A stretch of 55,392 bases of DNA from a virus (lineage: Duplodnaviria; Caudoviricetes): positions 1-55,392 of IMG/VR virus record IMGVR_UViG_3300035701_004790. One strand, 5' to 3'. A model generated the notes under the pieces. That model was given only the letters and a program-made list of their open reading frames with translations, had not been told where the DNA came from and did not search any database. A program made the translations under genes and the position numbers. This document shows positions 18,983-29,661 of this stretch, in pieces (position 1 is the stretch's first letter; every line of letters begins with the position of its first letter).

Positions 18983-21568
18983 TTACCCACATTTACTACT
19001 TCCACAACTTTTACAGGTTAAACACCCTTCAATATATTGAAGGCTATCGCCACCACAACTTTGACACTTTCCACTACCCTTTTCACCATCAGGTATATAT
19101 TTTTTGACTATTCTAGCCATACCATTTTTCCAAGTATTCAAATGTTCATCATTTAAATTTAACGAATTGATTAAATTTTGAACATATATCATCGGCATAC
19201 CATGTCTTAAAACAGATGAAATCAATTTAGCATAGTTCCAGAATTCAGGATTAAAGGTATGTGACAATCCTTTATGCATTTGCTTCTCACCATCTTGATC
19301 AAGATATTCAATATCATATCTTGAAGTTCCATCTTCATTTCTATTCTTTACAATCTCACATTCCTTAATCGATGAAGATAATTCACTCAAACCATTTTCT
19401 AGTTTTCCCGTAAAAATTTCATAAGGTCTTCCATCAAGTAATCCAACAACGCCAATCCATTTTTCTAGATTATTTTGAAATCTCATAATTTCACCTTTCA
19501 ATCTCTTTGGTCTTTTTGGCGCATTATTATCTTTGAACATCTTCTCAACCTCTTTTTCTTTTTTCGTTGATTCACTCACAAGAACACCAGAACGTGAACC
19601 ATCACGGTAAACAGTCATTCCTTTGCATCCACTTCTCCACCCAGTTTCATATACTTTCGATACAATTTCTTCTGTAATTTCATTTGGTAAATTAACTGTT
19701 ACTGATATAGAATGATCTATATGTTTTTGAATGCGTCCCTGCATTTCTACTTTCTTAACCCAGTCAACATCGTTAGATGTAGATTTATGATATGGTGATT
19801 TTTCAATCAATTTATCAATATCAGCTTTAGTATAATTTTTTACTTCACCAATATCAAGTCCTTTAGCTTTTAAATATACTTCGAACTTATGGTGAAAGAC
19901 AGGATATTCTTGCCAACTATCACCAACTTCATCAACAAAATCTACACGAACATTTTTTTCTTGTGGATTAATTTTTCTTCTTCTCATATAAGAAACTAAG
20001 AATGCAGGTTCAACACCAGAAGTTGTTTGTGTTAAAATTGAAACACTACCAGTTGGAGCAATGGTGAGTAACGCAATGTTTCTTCTTCCATGCTTCATCA
20101 TGTCAGCGTATAACTTAGGGTCTTCCTTTTTAATACGAAGAACAAATGGATTATTCTTTTCTAAATCGCCATTCCAAATAGGAAAAGCTCCACGTTCTTT
20201 AGCCATATCAACAGATGCACGATATGCAGCAAGTTTCAATGTCTTGTGAATATTTTCAGCGAAATCAAGAGACTCATCAGAACCATATCTTAAATTCAAT
20301 GCAGCAATCATATCTCCTTCTGCAGTAATTCCCAAACCAGTTCTTCTTCCTTTAATACACTTATCTTTAATGTTTTTCCAGAGATTCATTTCTGTTCTCT
20401 TAATCTCATCAGGTTCTGGATCGCTCTTTATCTTTGCAATTATCTTATCAATTTTTTCTAATTCGAGATCGATAATATCATCCATTAATTTCTCTGCTAT
20501 ATAAGCATGCTTCTTAAAGAGATCAATATCAAAGTAAGCATTTTTTGTAAAGGGATTGACTACATAGTTGTACAAATTAATTGCAACCAAACGGCAACTA
20601 TCATTTGCACATAATGTGATTTCTCCACAAGGATTTGTTGAAATCGTTTTGAAGCCTTGATCAGCATAACAATCAGGAATTGATTCTTTGATAATTGTAT
20701 CCCAAAACAAAATTCCCGGTTCTGCAGATTTCCATGCGTTATGTATAATTTTTTTCCACAGTTTAGCAGCATCAATTTCTTTAGTAACTTTTGGAGTCGT
20801 AGAATCAACAGGATACTTTTGAGTATAATTCGTATTGTTTACTACCGCTTCCATGAAGTCATCATGTAGACGCATAGAAACATTAGCACCCGTTACTTTA
20901 CCTTGCGTCATTTTAGCATCGATAAAATCTTCTGCATCAGGATGTCTGATTGAAAAAGATTCCATCAAAGCACCTCTACGTCCATCTTGTGCAACTTCTC
21001 TTGTTGAGTTACTGTAACGTTCCATGAAAGGAACAATACCTGTTGATGTCAAAGCGGAATTCTTTACTGGTGATCCTTTAGGTCTTACAAAGGATAAATC
21101 CAATCCAACACCAGCACGTCTTTTTTGTAGTTGAACTAACTCTTGATCTAGTTTAAATATACCACCATACGAATCTGAGTCAATGTCATTTCCAATAACA
21201 AAACAATTTGATAATGAAACGATTTGAAAATCATTTCCAATACCAGACATTGGACTACCTTGAGGTACAATATATTTGAAATTTTTTATTAGATCAAATA
21301 TAACATCCTCATCTATCGAGTTATCATACTTGTTTTCTATTCTAGCCAATTCCTTAGCAATCCTTCTATGCATATCATCTGGAGTCTTTTCATAGAGATT
21401 ACCTTGAGAATCCTTTAACGCATATTTATTAATCCATACCTCAGCAGCCAATGTATCATTATTGAAATATTTAAGTGATGCCTCTAATACTTCTTCTCTC
21501 GTGTATGTTTGTTTGTTTTGTTTTTTTGATGTTACTATATCATCAATTAGTACTTCTTGTAATCCCAT
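18983..21568 (-). CDS. nrdJ: Class II (adenosylcobalamin-dependent) ribonucleoside-diphosphate reductase
   Basis: SLSNCFV, GRRGALM, SAEPGILFWD, active-site TNPCGEI, TIAPTGSVS, GCKGMTVYRDGSR and a C-terminal CxxC/CxxC region. No beta subunit nearby. Confidence 0.92.
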   Translation of the reverse strand: MGLQEVLIDDIVTSKKQNKQTYTREEVLEASLKYFNNDTLAAEVWINKYALKDSQGNLYEKTPDDMHRRIAKELARIENKYDNSIDEDVIFDLIKNFKYIVPQGSPMSGIGNDFQIVSLSNCFVIGNDIDSDSYGGIFKLDQELVQLQKRRAGVGLDLSFVRPKGSPVKNSALTSTGIVPFMERYSNSTREVAQDGRRGALMESFSIRHPDAEDFIDAKMTQGKVTGANVSMRLHDDFMEAVVNNTNYTQKYPVDSTTPKVTKEIDAAKLWKKIIHNAWKSAEPGILFWDTIIKESIPDCYADQGFKTISTNPCGEITLCANDSCRLVAINLYNYVVNPFTKNAYFDIDLFKKHAYIAEKLMDDIIDLELEKIDKIIAKIKSDPEPDEIKRTEMNLWKNIKDKCIKGRRTGLGITAEGDMIAALNLRYGSDESLDFAENIHKTLKLAAYRASVDMAKERGAFPIWNGDLEKNNPFVLRIKKEDPKLYADMMKHGRRNIALLTIAPTGSVSILTQTTSGVEPAFLVSYMRRRKINPQEKNVRVDFVDEVGDSWQEYPVFHHKFEVYLKAKGLDIGEVKNYTKADIDKLIEKSPYHKSTSNDVDWVKKVEMQGRIQKHIDHSISVTVNLPNEITEEIVSKVYETGWRSGCKGMTVYRDGSRSGVLVSESTKKEKEVEKMFKDNNAPKRPKRLKGEIMRFQNNLEKWIGVVGLLDGRPYEIFTGKLENGLSELSSSIKECEIVKNRNEDGTSRYDIEYLDQDGEKQMHKGLSHTFNPEFWNYAKLISSVLRHGMPMIYVQNLINSLNLNDEHLNTWKNGMARIVKKYIPDGEKGSGKCQSCGGDSLQYIEGCLTCKSCGSSKCG

Positions 21569-21736
21569 ATTTTATTTTTTTAGTAAAACATCTCTTCTTT
21601 AAAAAAGAAGATTATGATGTTCGAATATTTTAATTATTTAACCTATGAAGGGTAAATATAAATACAAAATACTTCACAATTACTATGTATTTTCTATTAA
21701 TTTTATCTATCTAAAGATCAGTCTATTATCTTTTTT

Positions 21737-23371
21737 TTATATCGAATCAGGGGGAAATCCTAATTCAATAGATGGTTGTGGCTTAATTTCTGAATCAATT
21801 GATGATTTTAATTTCTCTCCCTCTTCAACTTGTTTTTCTGCAATATTTAATGTATGCTCTTTATTCATATAATCCATAGTGGCAATATCTGCAGATTTAG
21901 ATATGTATTCATTACGCAATTTTGCATCGAATATTGAATCAAGAGATTTATCTTCAATATTTTGTTGTTTTGGTTTGGGGCGTGGTCTTGAATTTTCAAG
22001 ACATCTAATTTCTAGAGTATCATTATTAAATATCGCATTTTCGAATACAAAACCATCTTTTGCAAATCTAGCTTTCAGTATTTGCATATTTGCGGTATTA
22101 TCTTGCTTTTGATCTAATGATCTTGCTATTGACATTAAAAAGTGCGTTTTTTGCGCTCTCTTAATACTACCGCCCATTTGATCAGCACGAACAAATTCAG
22201 CACTAACAGATTGTCTATTACCTTGAACAGCAGTCCAACAAGGAATCTTCAATTCTGCAGCCATCGATTCGAATGCTTTGATTACAATTAATTCAGCTTT
22301 CAAATCATCACCATTTGTGGGTTTATGTGATTCTACGCAATCGATATAATCCAATACCACAACATCAAATTTGATGTTAAAATTCTTTTGATAGTTTAAA
22401 ATCCAATTCTTTATATATGGAAGTGTTATATCCTCTTGTGGCAATTTCTTAATTATTAAACGACCACCAGATTGAAGTCGTTCACGTTCTGCACGATATT
22501 CATTTACCTTTTCCAGTACTTCTGGATTCATCGTTTTTCCAGATATATTATCAGGGTCTAATACTTCAAATTTAGTTAATGGAATTTTTGACCATATAGC
22601 ATAATGTTTTCTACGAATTTCATCTACTTTATCTTCAAAGACTATTTGAAGTACATTCTTTTCAAGTTGAAATGCAGTATTTGCTATTTTAGTTAAAATC
22701 GTTGTTTTACCTACACCAAATGGTGCTAGGATAATACCTATTTCTTCCGTTCCAAGTCCTCCACCCATTGCTAAATCAATAGCAGTTATACCAGTAGGTA
22801 TTGGATTACGAAAATTTAGAACTAATGCTGATTCAACATCCTCAAAGATGTCTTTACCATAATCATCTTTAATACCAAGAATCGATATTTTCTTAAAAGT
22901 TTCTTCAAATTCAAAAACATTCGTTTCTAGTGTCCCTTTTTTTATATTTTCATAAATCTTGTCAGCAAGCTTTTTATATTCTTGTTGCTTAACAAATAAC
23001 CACACATAACGCTGTGTAGCGTTACCATCATCATCATGGCTTCCAATCAGAACACTTTTATCCCAATTGTAAATTCTTTTAACCGTTCCTAATAATTCCT
23101 CTTTCTCAACATCACCATAGTTTGATGCATTAATGCATTCTACCATGCTTCTATTAGTTAATTGTGGAACTTTCTCGTTTTGATCGAGGTATTTCTTTAT
23201 TAAATTTAGGAATTTTTTTTGAACTGGAATGTCAAAATACGAGCTATGTAAATTTGGTACTATCTCATTTCCGAATTCAACATCAATTAGTATTTGCCAA
23301 AGTACTTTTAGTTGATAAGACGGCCCTAAATATCCAAGAGTATCCTTGGTATTACTCACTACTTCACTCAT
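21737..23371 (-). CDS. Replicative DNA helicase, DnaB/T4 gp41-like
   Basis: IPTGITAID, Walker A APFGVGKT, Walker B VVLDYID, WTAVQGNR, ILKARF. Confidence 0.88.
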   Translation of the reverse strand: MSEVVSNTKDTLGYLGPSYQLKVLWQILIDVEFGNEIVPNLHSSYFDIPVQKKFLNLIKKYLDQNEKVPQLTNRSMVECINASNYGDVEKEELLGTVKRIYNWDKSVLIGSHDDDGNATQRYVWLFVKQQEYKKLADKIYENIKKGTLETNVFEFEETFKKISILGIKDDYGKDIFEDVESALVLNFRNPIPTGITAIDLAMGGGLGTEEIGIILAPFGVGKTTILTKIANTAFQLEKNVLQIVFEDKVDEIRRKHYAIWSKIPLTKFEVLDPDNISGKTMNPEVLEKVNEYRAERERLQSGGRLIIKKLPQEDITLPYIKNWILNYQKNFNIKFDVVVLDYIDCVESHKPTNGDDLKAELIVIKAFESMAAELKIPCWTAVQGNRQSVSAEFVRADQMGGSIKRAQKTHFLMSIARSLDQKQDNTANMQILKARFAKDGFVFENAIFNNDTLEIRCLENSRPRPKPKQQNIEDKSLDSIFDAKLRNEYISKSADIATMDYMNKEHTLNIAEKQVEEGEKLKSSIDSEIKPQPSIELGFPPDSI

Positions 23372-23391
23372 CTGATGTAACTTTTGAAAAA

Positions 23392-24066
23392 TTAAACTGT
23401 AAATTCTAATTGTTTATTATAATCTACACGAATACGTTCTATGAAATTATAATCTCCCATTCTTCTTAAAAATTCATCTCTCTTTTCTTTTGAAAGCTCT
23501 CTAACTTGTTGAATATTTAGCCCATAATTATTGATTATCTTATAGTCATCCCACATGTGATTTAAATCTGAATTTTTTAAATGTTTTTCTATGTTTTCAA
23601 CAATAACATTAATAACATCGACTAATTCACTTGAAAATCTTGATTCTGGATTGTAATTATCCACATAGAAATTTCTTTCTACAATCGTATTTGAGTTAAT
23701 ATAAAGACCGAATTTAAATTCAGTACCACCCCTTTTTTGATAATGTTTTGTGTCAGGGCTAACATTTGATTTTGGATATTGCACAGGAACTCTTAATTTG
23801 AAATAATCGAGATTGTTAATCTCACACATCTTCTTATAAAAGAGCAATGTATTATAATTATTCTCATCCACAAAAGTTAAATCCTTCGATTTAGTTTGCA
23901 AAACCTTTTGTATTGACCCTATGATTCTTGGAATCATTTCACGAATATTTACTGAATATCTTACGACTGGATTATATAAATCCGCACTGAATATTTTTTC
24001 AGCGATATTTTCTTCTATTAATAATAGTCTAAATTTAAAGTTATTTTCTTGCTTCTTGTCTTCCAT
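23392..24066 (-). CDS. Hypothetical protein, 224 aa
   Basis: Intact ORF in the replication operon with an internal duplication (FKFRL...IAEKIF...YNP..RYS / FKFGL...IVERNF...YNP..RFS). Confidence 0.6.
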   Translation of the reverse strand: MEDKKQENNFKFRLLLIEENIAEKIFSADLYNPVVRYSVNIREMIPRIIGSIQKVLQTKSKDLTFVDENNYNTLLFYKKMCEINNLDYFKLRVPVQYPKSNVSPDTKHYQKRGGTEFKFGLYINSNTIVERNFYVDNYNPESRFSSELVDVINVIVENIEKHLKNSDLNHMWDDYKIINNYGLNIQQVRELSKEKRDEFLRRMGDYNFIERIRVDYNKQLEFTV

Positions 24067-24125
24067 AAAATTATATATTAGTTGTTATGTTCTATAGCAA
24101 TTATACTGAAAAATAATTTCATAAA

Positions 24126-25169
24126 CTAATTTTTTTGAAATTCTTTATATAAAACTTTTTCTCTTGAAATCACCGTATAAAAGGGTTCAACATAATTTAC
24201 GAAATTTCCATAATTCGAATACAATGAAAGGAAATCATCTTCCAACATTAATTTATATAGATTACTACTCCCACGATTTTCATCTGTTAATGGTTCATCC
24301 AATATATCTAATGCTTTTATTGCTTCCTCATTTAAAAAGGGTTTACTCAAATTAATTAACTCATAATTAAGTTTTAATCGATCAACATTATTATTAATAT
24401 TATCTAATGCAGCAAGGGGCTTTAATTTTTGTGTTTGTCTTTCTTCATTAATTTTTCTTGCTAATCTACAAATCTCTTTTACTTGAACATATCTTTCTGA
24501 TAAAATCGGAAAATGTGTCAATAATGTTTTCTCTTGAACTCCCTTTATACCGTCTATCTTATCACTAGTATCACCACATATAATTTTCATCGTCAGTGCA
24601 TTTTTATAATGGTAAGGAAAATTCATAAAGAAATTTCCCGCACTGATCATTGTGTCATGAGTATCTAGTTTTATTTTTATTCCATACTCCAATAATTGGA
24701 GAAAATCCTTATCATTCGTGAACAATATAATATCTTCTTTTTTTGAATTCTTTAAAACATAACCTGCTATCAAATCATCTGCTTCTATTTGATGAACTTG
24801 AATTTGTCTTAAAAAAAGTTCTTCCGCATAAGATTGTATTTTTATTTTTTGAATTAAAATTGAGTCTTTCTTTTTCTCCATTTCCTTGATTTCAGCATCA
24901 GTCAATTCTATTCTATTAAACCAAGATTTATCAACACGATTTGACTTATACTTATTATCTAGTTTATATCTTTCAATGCCACCATTTTCTCCATCCCATA
25001 CTAATACTACTTTATTGATCTGATATTCTTTAATTAACTTTCGCACCATAGTCAAAAAACCATAAAGACCACCCATGAAACCAACTTTGGTATAGCTATT
25101 TTTAGCTCCATGAAATGATCTTTTTAGTAGATAAGAACTATCTACGAGTAACGTTCTCGTTGTAGCCAT
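24126..25169 (-). CDS. 5'-3' exonuclease / flap endonuclease (T4 RNase H or Pol I N-terminal family)
   Basis: LLVDSSYL, VWDG, YKSNR, EADDLIA, TNDKDFLQL and helix-hairpin GDTSDKIDGIKGV. Confidence 0.9.
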   Translation of the reverse strand: MATTRTLLVDSSYLLKRSFHGAKNSYTKVGFMGGLYGFLTMVRKLIKEYQINKVVLVWDGENGGIERYKLDNKYKSNRVDKSWFNRIELTDAEIKEMEKKKDSILIQKIKIQSYAEELFLRQIQVHQIEADDLIAGYVLKNSKKEDIILFTNDKDFLQLLEYGIKIKLDTHDTMISAGNFFMNFPYHYKNALTMKIICGDTSDKIDGIKGVQEKTLLTHFPILSERYVQVKEICRLARKINEERQTQKLKPLAALDNINNNVDRLKLNYELINLSKPFLNEEAIKALDILDEPLTDENRGSSNLYKLMLEDDFLSLYSNYGNFVNYVEPFYTVISREKVLYKEFQKN

Positions 25170-25174
25170 ACCAT

Positions 25175-26236
25175 TTATTCTTCTGTATTATTCACATCAA
25201 TTTCTTTTGTTACCATGTCATCAGGATTAACATCAGAACCGAGTGCTTCTTTGAAGAATTGAATGTTCTTCTTCTTATATGCTGCAATTGATTCAGCATC
25301 AGAACCTATAAATCCATGTGGTGTTGAAATCACACTACCTTCTAATGAAATACCACCCAATGGGCCATCAATTTGATTTTTGAAAACTGATACACCTGCT
25401 TTGATCCCGTATAAAATATCTTTTCCACCATACGTTGCACCAATTGTCTTAGTACCGTGAGACATTATACCACCATGATGATAAATCAATCTTGCACCAT
25501 AAGCAAAAGCTTCACCACCTTTATGCTTTACTGTAATCATAGGTGCTGATCCTTGTGTCCAAATTTTTTGAACAGCGATCATAGTATTTGTATATATTGA
25601 ATTGATTTTTCTAGAAGCCGGGATACGGTAATTAACCAGTCCTTTAAATGTTCTTTCAAAAGCACCTGCATTCCACATATTATTTTGATTAGTATCATTA
25701 GATTTTGCATTAATCGTCAGGTCACAATCCAACGTTCCTAATGAATCTATGAAAAACAATAAATCATATGGTAATTCCCCATTATCCTGTCTATCAAGAA
25801 GACTATTAATACAATCTCCAAGGTCTTCAATACTAGCTTCTTTTTTATCCTTGTTTTTTCTTTTTCCAAAATTATTGAGAAGATACTGATTATCTATATC
25901 AATATAAAAATCATCTTCCCAATTGAAACCCAACTTCTTAAGTCTCTCCATACCTAAATTATTTTCAGTATCGATAATAATTGGAAGAACCCCCAATTTT
26001 TGGGCCGAAACTAATGCTTCACTTATTGCAGTAGATTTTCCAGTATTTGTAAATCCTCTACTTAATCCAACATATCCCTTGGGGAAACCGGGAAGTCCTG
26101 TTGCTTGTTGTAATGCTTCTGAACAATTAAACCAAACTAATGGTTTGTCAGGCATATCTTCACCGCCAATTTTCTTTTTAAAATCATTTAATGAATACGT
26201 TTTTTTTGCTGTTGTTTTTTTTGGTTGTAATTCCAT
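25175..26236 (-). CDS. RecA/UvsX-like recombinase
   Basis: GFPKG, Walker A GFTNTGKS, IIDTE, FIDSLG, KGGEA. Start moved to ATG 26236 (MELQPKK) because the track start lies inside an intergenic hairpin. Confidence 0.82.
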   Translation of the reverse strand: MELQPKKTTAKKTYSLNDFKKKIGGEDMPDKPLVWFNCSEALQQATGLPGFPKGYVGLSRGFTNTGKSTAISEALVSAQKLGVLPIIIDTENNLGMERLKKLGFNWEDDFYIDIDNQYLLNNFGKRKNKDKKEASIEDLGDCINSLLDRQDNGELPYDLLFFIDSLGTLDCDLTINAKSNDTNQNNMWNAGAFERTFKGLVNYRIPASRKINSIYTNTMIAVQKIWTQGSAPMITVKHKGGEAFAYGARLIYHHGGIMSHGTKTIGATYGGKDILYGIKAGVSVFKNQIDGPLGGISLEGSVISTPHGFIGSDAESIAAYKKKNIQFFKEALGSDVNPDDMVTKEIDVNNTEE

Positions 26237-26265
26237 TTTATTTTTTGAATAAAATAAGGTTATTG

Positions 26266-26297
26266 ATAAAGAAGGGAGCATAGGCTCCCTTCTTTAT
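26266..26297. terminator. Strong hairpin (terminator or RNA processing site) between SSB and recombinase genes
   Basis: 14-bp perfect inverted repeat ATAAAGAAGGGAGC/GCTCCCTTCTTTAT with a 4-nt loop; weak U-tract. Confidence 0.6.
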
Positions 26298-26324
26298 GTT
26301 AGTCTAATAAGTATTTTTTAACTC

Positions 26325-27590
26325 TTAGAATGGTAAGTCATCATACACTTCCTGTTTTACTTGAGTATTTCCAAGATTGACTGATCCATGATTGAATGTC
26401 TTCACATCATTATCACTAATTGTCGTGATGTCTTTTTGAGGTGTATTGTTGTTTGTAACAACAGTCGTTGCTGCAACACCCAAATTACTTTCCTCATCAA
26501 CGTAATCATCATCATCAGCATCAAGATTTTCATCTCTTCTATTTGTTTCTGCTTCAAGATCGGGATGATTTGGAATAATCCATCTCTTATTGGTTGCATC
26601 AGTATCATCATAATATGGTGCATTAGTTCCAATAATTTTACCCGTTGTCATATCTCTCAAATCCTCTGCAGCTAATTCCAAAAATTTATTTGCATCAATT
26701 TTTGGTGCTGTAAGTGGTTTATATACTTCTCTCCACCCAGTTTTATCTTCTAACCATTGTTTTTCTACAATAGGATCGTTGTTTAATTTTGACGGCCCTC
26801 TTGGAATAATTGCAGAAATATCACGATAAGTATATGTCTTACCCGGGATTTGAGCATCAATAACAATAATACTAAAATCAGTACCCTTGTTGATGTCTGT
26901 AAAATCTCCGCTTTGAGCATAGTAATCTTCTGTGATAGCCATTAACTTATCATAAGTTCCTTGATTTTTGTAACTCTGTTTAAATCTCCAAAACTTCACT
27001 CCATCCTTTTCTGCACCTCTATCAATACCACGTAACATATAGAATTTCTTAGCTTCTATTTTACTTGCTTCGGTATAAATATCTTTGTTCTTTTGAAAAA
27101 TCCTCAATTCTTCTGTAGTAAGAATTCTTTCAAGTTCTTCTTTTTTCTTACCTTTTGTTTTAGTAAGAATAGAACGATCTTGTGTTGCCAACATAGTTTT
27201 TACTTTCTTACACAATGGGCATGAAACGGAAATCATTACTGGACTACCATTTTGGTCAACAGCAGGTTTCTGTGTTTCTTTATCAAGAGCTTGGATTTTT
27301 GGATCGTTGTGCGCTGGACATGAAATTTTTCTATATTTCTTTCCAGTCTTTATTTCGTGAAAATATCCTTCTTCGAAATAACGTTTGATTTGTGGTATTG
27401 AAGAGTCACGATTGGTTGGTGGCAATGCACGAAAAATTTCTTTGTCTCTTCTTGGAAAGAAGAATTTTGCAAGTTTTTCTTCTTTAGATAATCTCTTTTT
27501 AACTTCTTTTTGCTTTTTGTAGGCAGCATACATACCTTGTAAATCCTCAGAACCTAGCTGAGACTTTACTGCATCGTTAGATGTTTCCAT
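26325..27590 (-). CDS. Single-stranded DNA-binding protein, T4 gp32-like
   Basis: FRALPP, FHEI...CPAH...CPLC Zn ligands, GVKFWRF, GTDF and an acidic tail ending DDLPF; adjacent to the recombinase and exonuclease. Confidence 0.8.
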   Translation of the reverse strand: METSNDAVKSQLGSEDLQGMYAAYKKQKEVKKRLSKEEKLAKFFFPRRDKEIFRALPPTNRDSSIPQIKRYFEEGYFHEIKTGKKYRKISCPAHNDPKIQALDKETQKPAVDQNGSPVMISVSCPLCKKVKTMLATQDRSILTKTKGKKKEELERILTTEELRIFQKNKDIYTEASKIEAKKFYMLRGIDRGAEKDGVKFWRFKQSYKNQGTYDKLMAITEDYYAQSGDFTDINKGTDFSIIVIDAQIPGKTYTYRDISAIIPRGPSKLNNDPIVEKQWLEDKTGWREVYKPLTAPKIDANKFLELAAEDLRDMTTGKIIGTNAPYYDDTDATNKRWIIPNHPDLEAETNRRDENLDADDDDYVDEESNLGVAATTVVTNNNTPQKDITTISDNDVKTFNHGSVNLGNTQVKQEVYDDLPF

Positions 27591-27650
27591 TTTTTTTGAA
27601 TTTAAATCTTACTCTTTTAAAAATTTTAATCTATATAATTGTTGTGTTCG

Positions 27651-27681
27651 TAAATATATACGAAGTTTTAATCAAAGTCAA
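27651..27681 (-). promoter_or_regulatory. Host-type promoter for the replication operon
   Basis: TTG-N20-TATATTTA, one mismatch to TAnnTTTG and the same geometry as the promoter at 18784-18814. Confidence 0.5.
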
Positions 27682-27766
27682 CCTTTTTACTAAATTTATT
27701 TTTTAATGAAAAAAGTGTGTTAACTGTTAACCTTCGTATTCATTTACTATACCTATAAATACTCTT

Positions 27767-29143
27767 TTATAATAAAAATCCTTCATCACTAACAATAGTA
27801 AAGCTAATAGGAGATTTGATAGAAAACAAGGAATTGTTCGAATATTTTAATTCTAAATAATAGTCTTGAGGTATTAACCAGCTAGTATCTAGATCAAATT
27901 CATAACCTCTTGAGGTTCTATTTACTGATGTGAAAGGAATCACATCCATTTGGGTGTGGCCACCCTGTTTCATGAAAAGTCTATATGATATTGTAAGCGG
28001 GAAACTATCGTCTTGTGTATCGTATAGTTGCTTTACTGAAATCTGTATTTTTCTAATATCACCTCTTCTAATATTCTCACCCGATTTAATACCTGCATAA
28101 CTAAAATGGAAATTATCTGGATTTACAAAATTAGATAAATCAAAATTATAATATCTGTCAGAATTAATCAAATAGAAGTCTTGTGATATTGTTTTTACTT
28201 TACTGTTTTGTGTCAACGTCCATTTATCATTGAACATAACAGCATCTGGATAAACCGATGAATTAATATTTAACGTGATTTTGTAAATACCCTTTTTAAC
28301 TCTAGTAACACCAGAAGAAGGAATTACTGAATATATTGCATCATTAAAATCATAAATTGTTACTCCACTAATAACCACATCACCAGCACTGCTATACAAA
28401 TAAAGATCATTACTTTTATCCATGAAAAAGTAATTTCTATCATCATTAATTTGATCGTTAATAATAGTTTCGATGTATGGCTCGAAAACAGTATTTGTGT
28501 TTTTGAGATGAAATGCTACTGCTTGCTTATAGAGGGTTTGTAATGCTTCAATTGAACTAGTATATTTTAATCCCATCCCATAATCAGTTACTCCACTATA
28601 TAGGATATTGTTTACGTATGTTGTAACGTCCATTAAAATATGTTCATTCCCTTTAGGGAAAACTTGTGTTGCAAGTACAGATGATCCAGTATATGCACCA
28701 GCAATAGTCCAACTAGTATTGGTTTTTCTTTGATACCAATTCGAAGCACCAGTCATGGAATTGCTACCAAGAATACCTTGATCTTGGTAAATAAAATCAT
28801 ATCCAGAACCTTCATCCCAATCCTCTTTAATTGAGAATAAATCTAGACTAAAGCTACTTGCTCTTTCAATAATATCGGTGTATGATTTAGTTCCAAGTAA
28901 ATCAGGTCTATTCGCTATGGTATTTACTAAATGAAGTTTATGCGAAAGGATTTTACTTTTTAAAATACCTTCATTAGTAATTTTTGTTTGTAAATCAGTA
29001 AAATCGGGTTTGAAAATAATTCTACTACGAAAACTTTGAGGTGTACCGTATGATATTTCACCCACAGGATTCTGCGAATTGTTGGTTTGATTTCCCTCAA
29101 TAAGTGTATTGTTCTTTCCGAAGTATGATCTAAAAATTGACAT
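27767..29143 (-). CDS. Putative virion structural protein, 458 aa (possible DNRLRE-like N-terminal beta domain)
   Basis: SRIIFK, WDEGSG, ASNW...W..AG, MDVTTYV and EPYIE motifs. Preceded by GTATTTAT 15 nt upstream. Confidence 0.5.
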   Translation of the reverse strand: MSIFRSYFGKNNTLIEGNQTNNSQNPVGEISYGTPQSFRSRIIFKPDFTDLQTKITNEGILKSKILSHKLHLVNTIANRPDLLGTKSYTDIIERASSFSLDLFSIKEDWDEGSGYDFIYQDQGILGSNSMTGASNWYQRKTNTSWTIAGAYTGSSVLATQVFPKGNEHILMDVTTYVNNILYSGVTDYGMGLKYTSSIEALQTLYKQAVAFHLKNTNTVFEPYIETIINDQINDDRNYFFMDKSNDLYLYSSAGDVVISGVTIYDFNDAIYSVIPSSGVTRVKKGIYKITLNINSSVYPDAVMFNDKWTLTQNSKVKTISQDFYLINSDRYYNFDLSNFVNPDNFHFSYAGIKSGENIRRGDIRKIQISVKQLYDTQDDSFPLTISYRLFMKQGGHTQMDVIPFTSVNRTSRGYEFDLDTSWLIPQDYYLELKYSNNSLFSIKSPISFTIVSDEGFLL

Positions 29144-29176
29144 TTAGCTAAGTTTTATATAAATACTTAGCAATGT

Positions 29177-29659
29177 TTAAACTATTCTATCGCCTTTTTT
29201 ATATGTTTTTTTGGTGTCAATACCATAAATATCATTATCACCACTAACCACAATTTCTGGTGGAACATCTGTATGCTCCAAATCATTTGAATTAGTTACA
29301 GTCACCAATCCAGCATTTTCTAAATCTCTAAAACCCAATCCAAGAGGATTATTTTGAGCATCCTGTACGCTACCTGATTGTACGTATGCAGGTATTGCAC
29401 GTCCCATTTCTTTAGCAAGCATTAATTGTCTTCTAAGACCATTTCTATTATTTTTCAGGATTTGAGCTAATGTCTTTGAAACATCTGCATCATCACTTCT
29501 TCCTGATTGCTCTTCCTGATCTGATTGTAAATCTTGTTGACCAAGATGATCCATTTCAGCATCATGATAATTAAAATCTTCGTTAATAAGACCTTTATTA
29601 ACATTACTCATCATTTCGAATAAACGTCCTTTAGTACCGTTTTGTTTGTACACTCTCAT
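29177..29659 (-). CDS. Hypothetical protein, 160 aa
   Basis: Intact ORF coupled to its neighbours; N-terminal RLFEMM..VNK.LINE. Confidence 0.6.
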   Translation of the reverse strand: MRVYKQNGTKGRLFEMMSNVNKGLINEDFNYHDAEMDHLGQQDLQSDQEEQSGRSDDADVSKTLAQILKNNRNGLRRQLMLAKEMGRAIPAYVQSGSVQDAQNNPLGLGFRDLENAGLVTVTNSNDLEHTDVPPEIVVSGDNDIYGIDTKKTYKKGDRIV

Positions 29660-29661
29660 AA

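Noticed and set aside
21569-21736. Cobalamin riboswitch upstream of nrdJ
   Set aside because: The region is very AT-rich with no B12-box-like sequence.
18983-26236. Inteins or introns in RNR, helicase or recombinase
   Set aside because: ORFs are continuous and of ordinary length, with no splice-junction or homing-endonuclease motifs seen.
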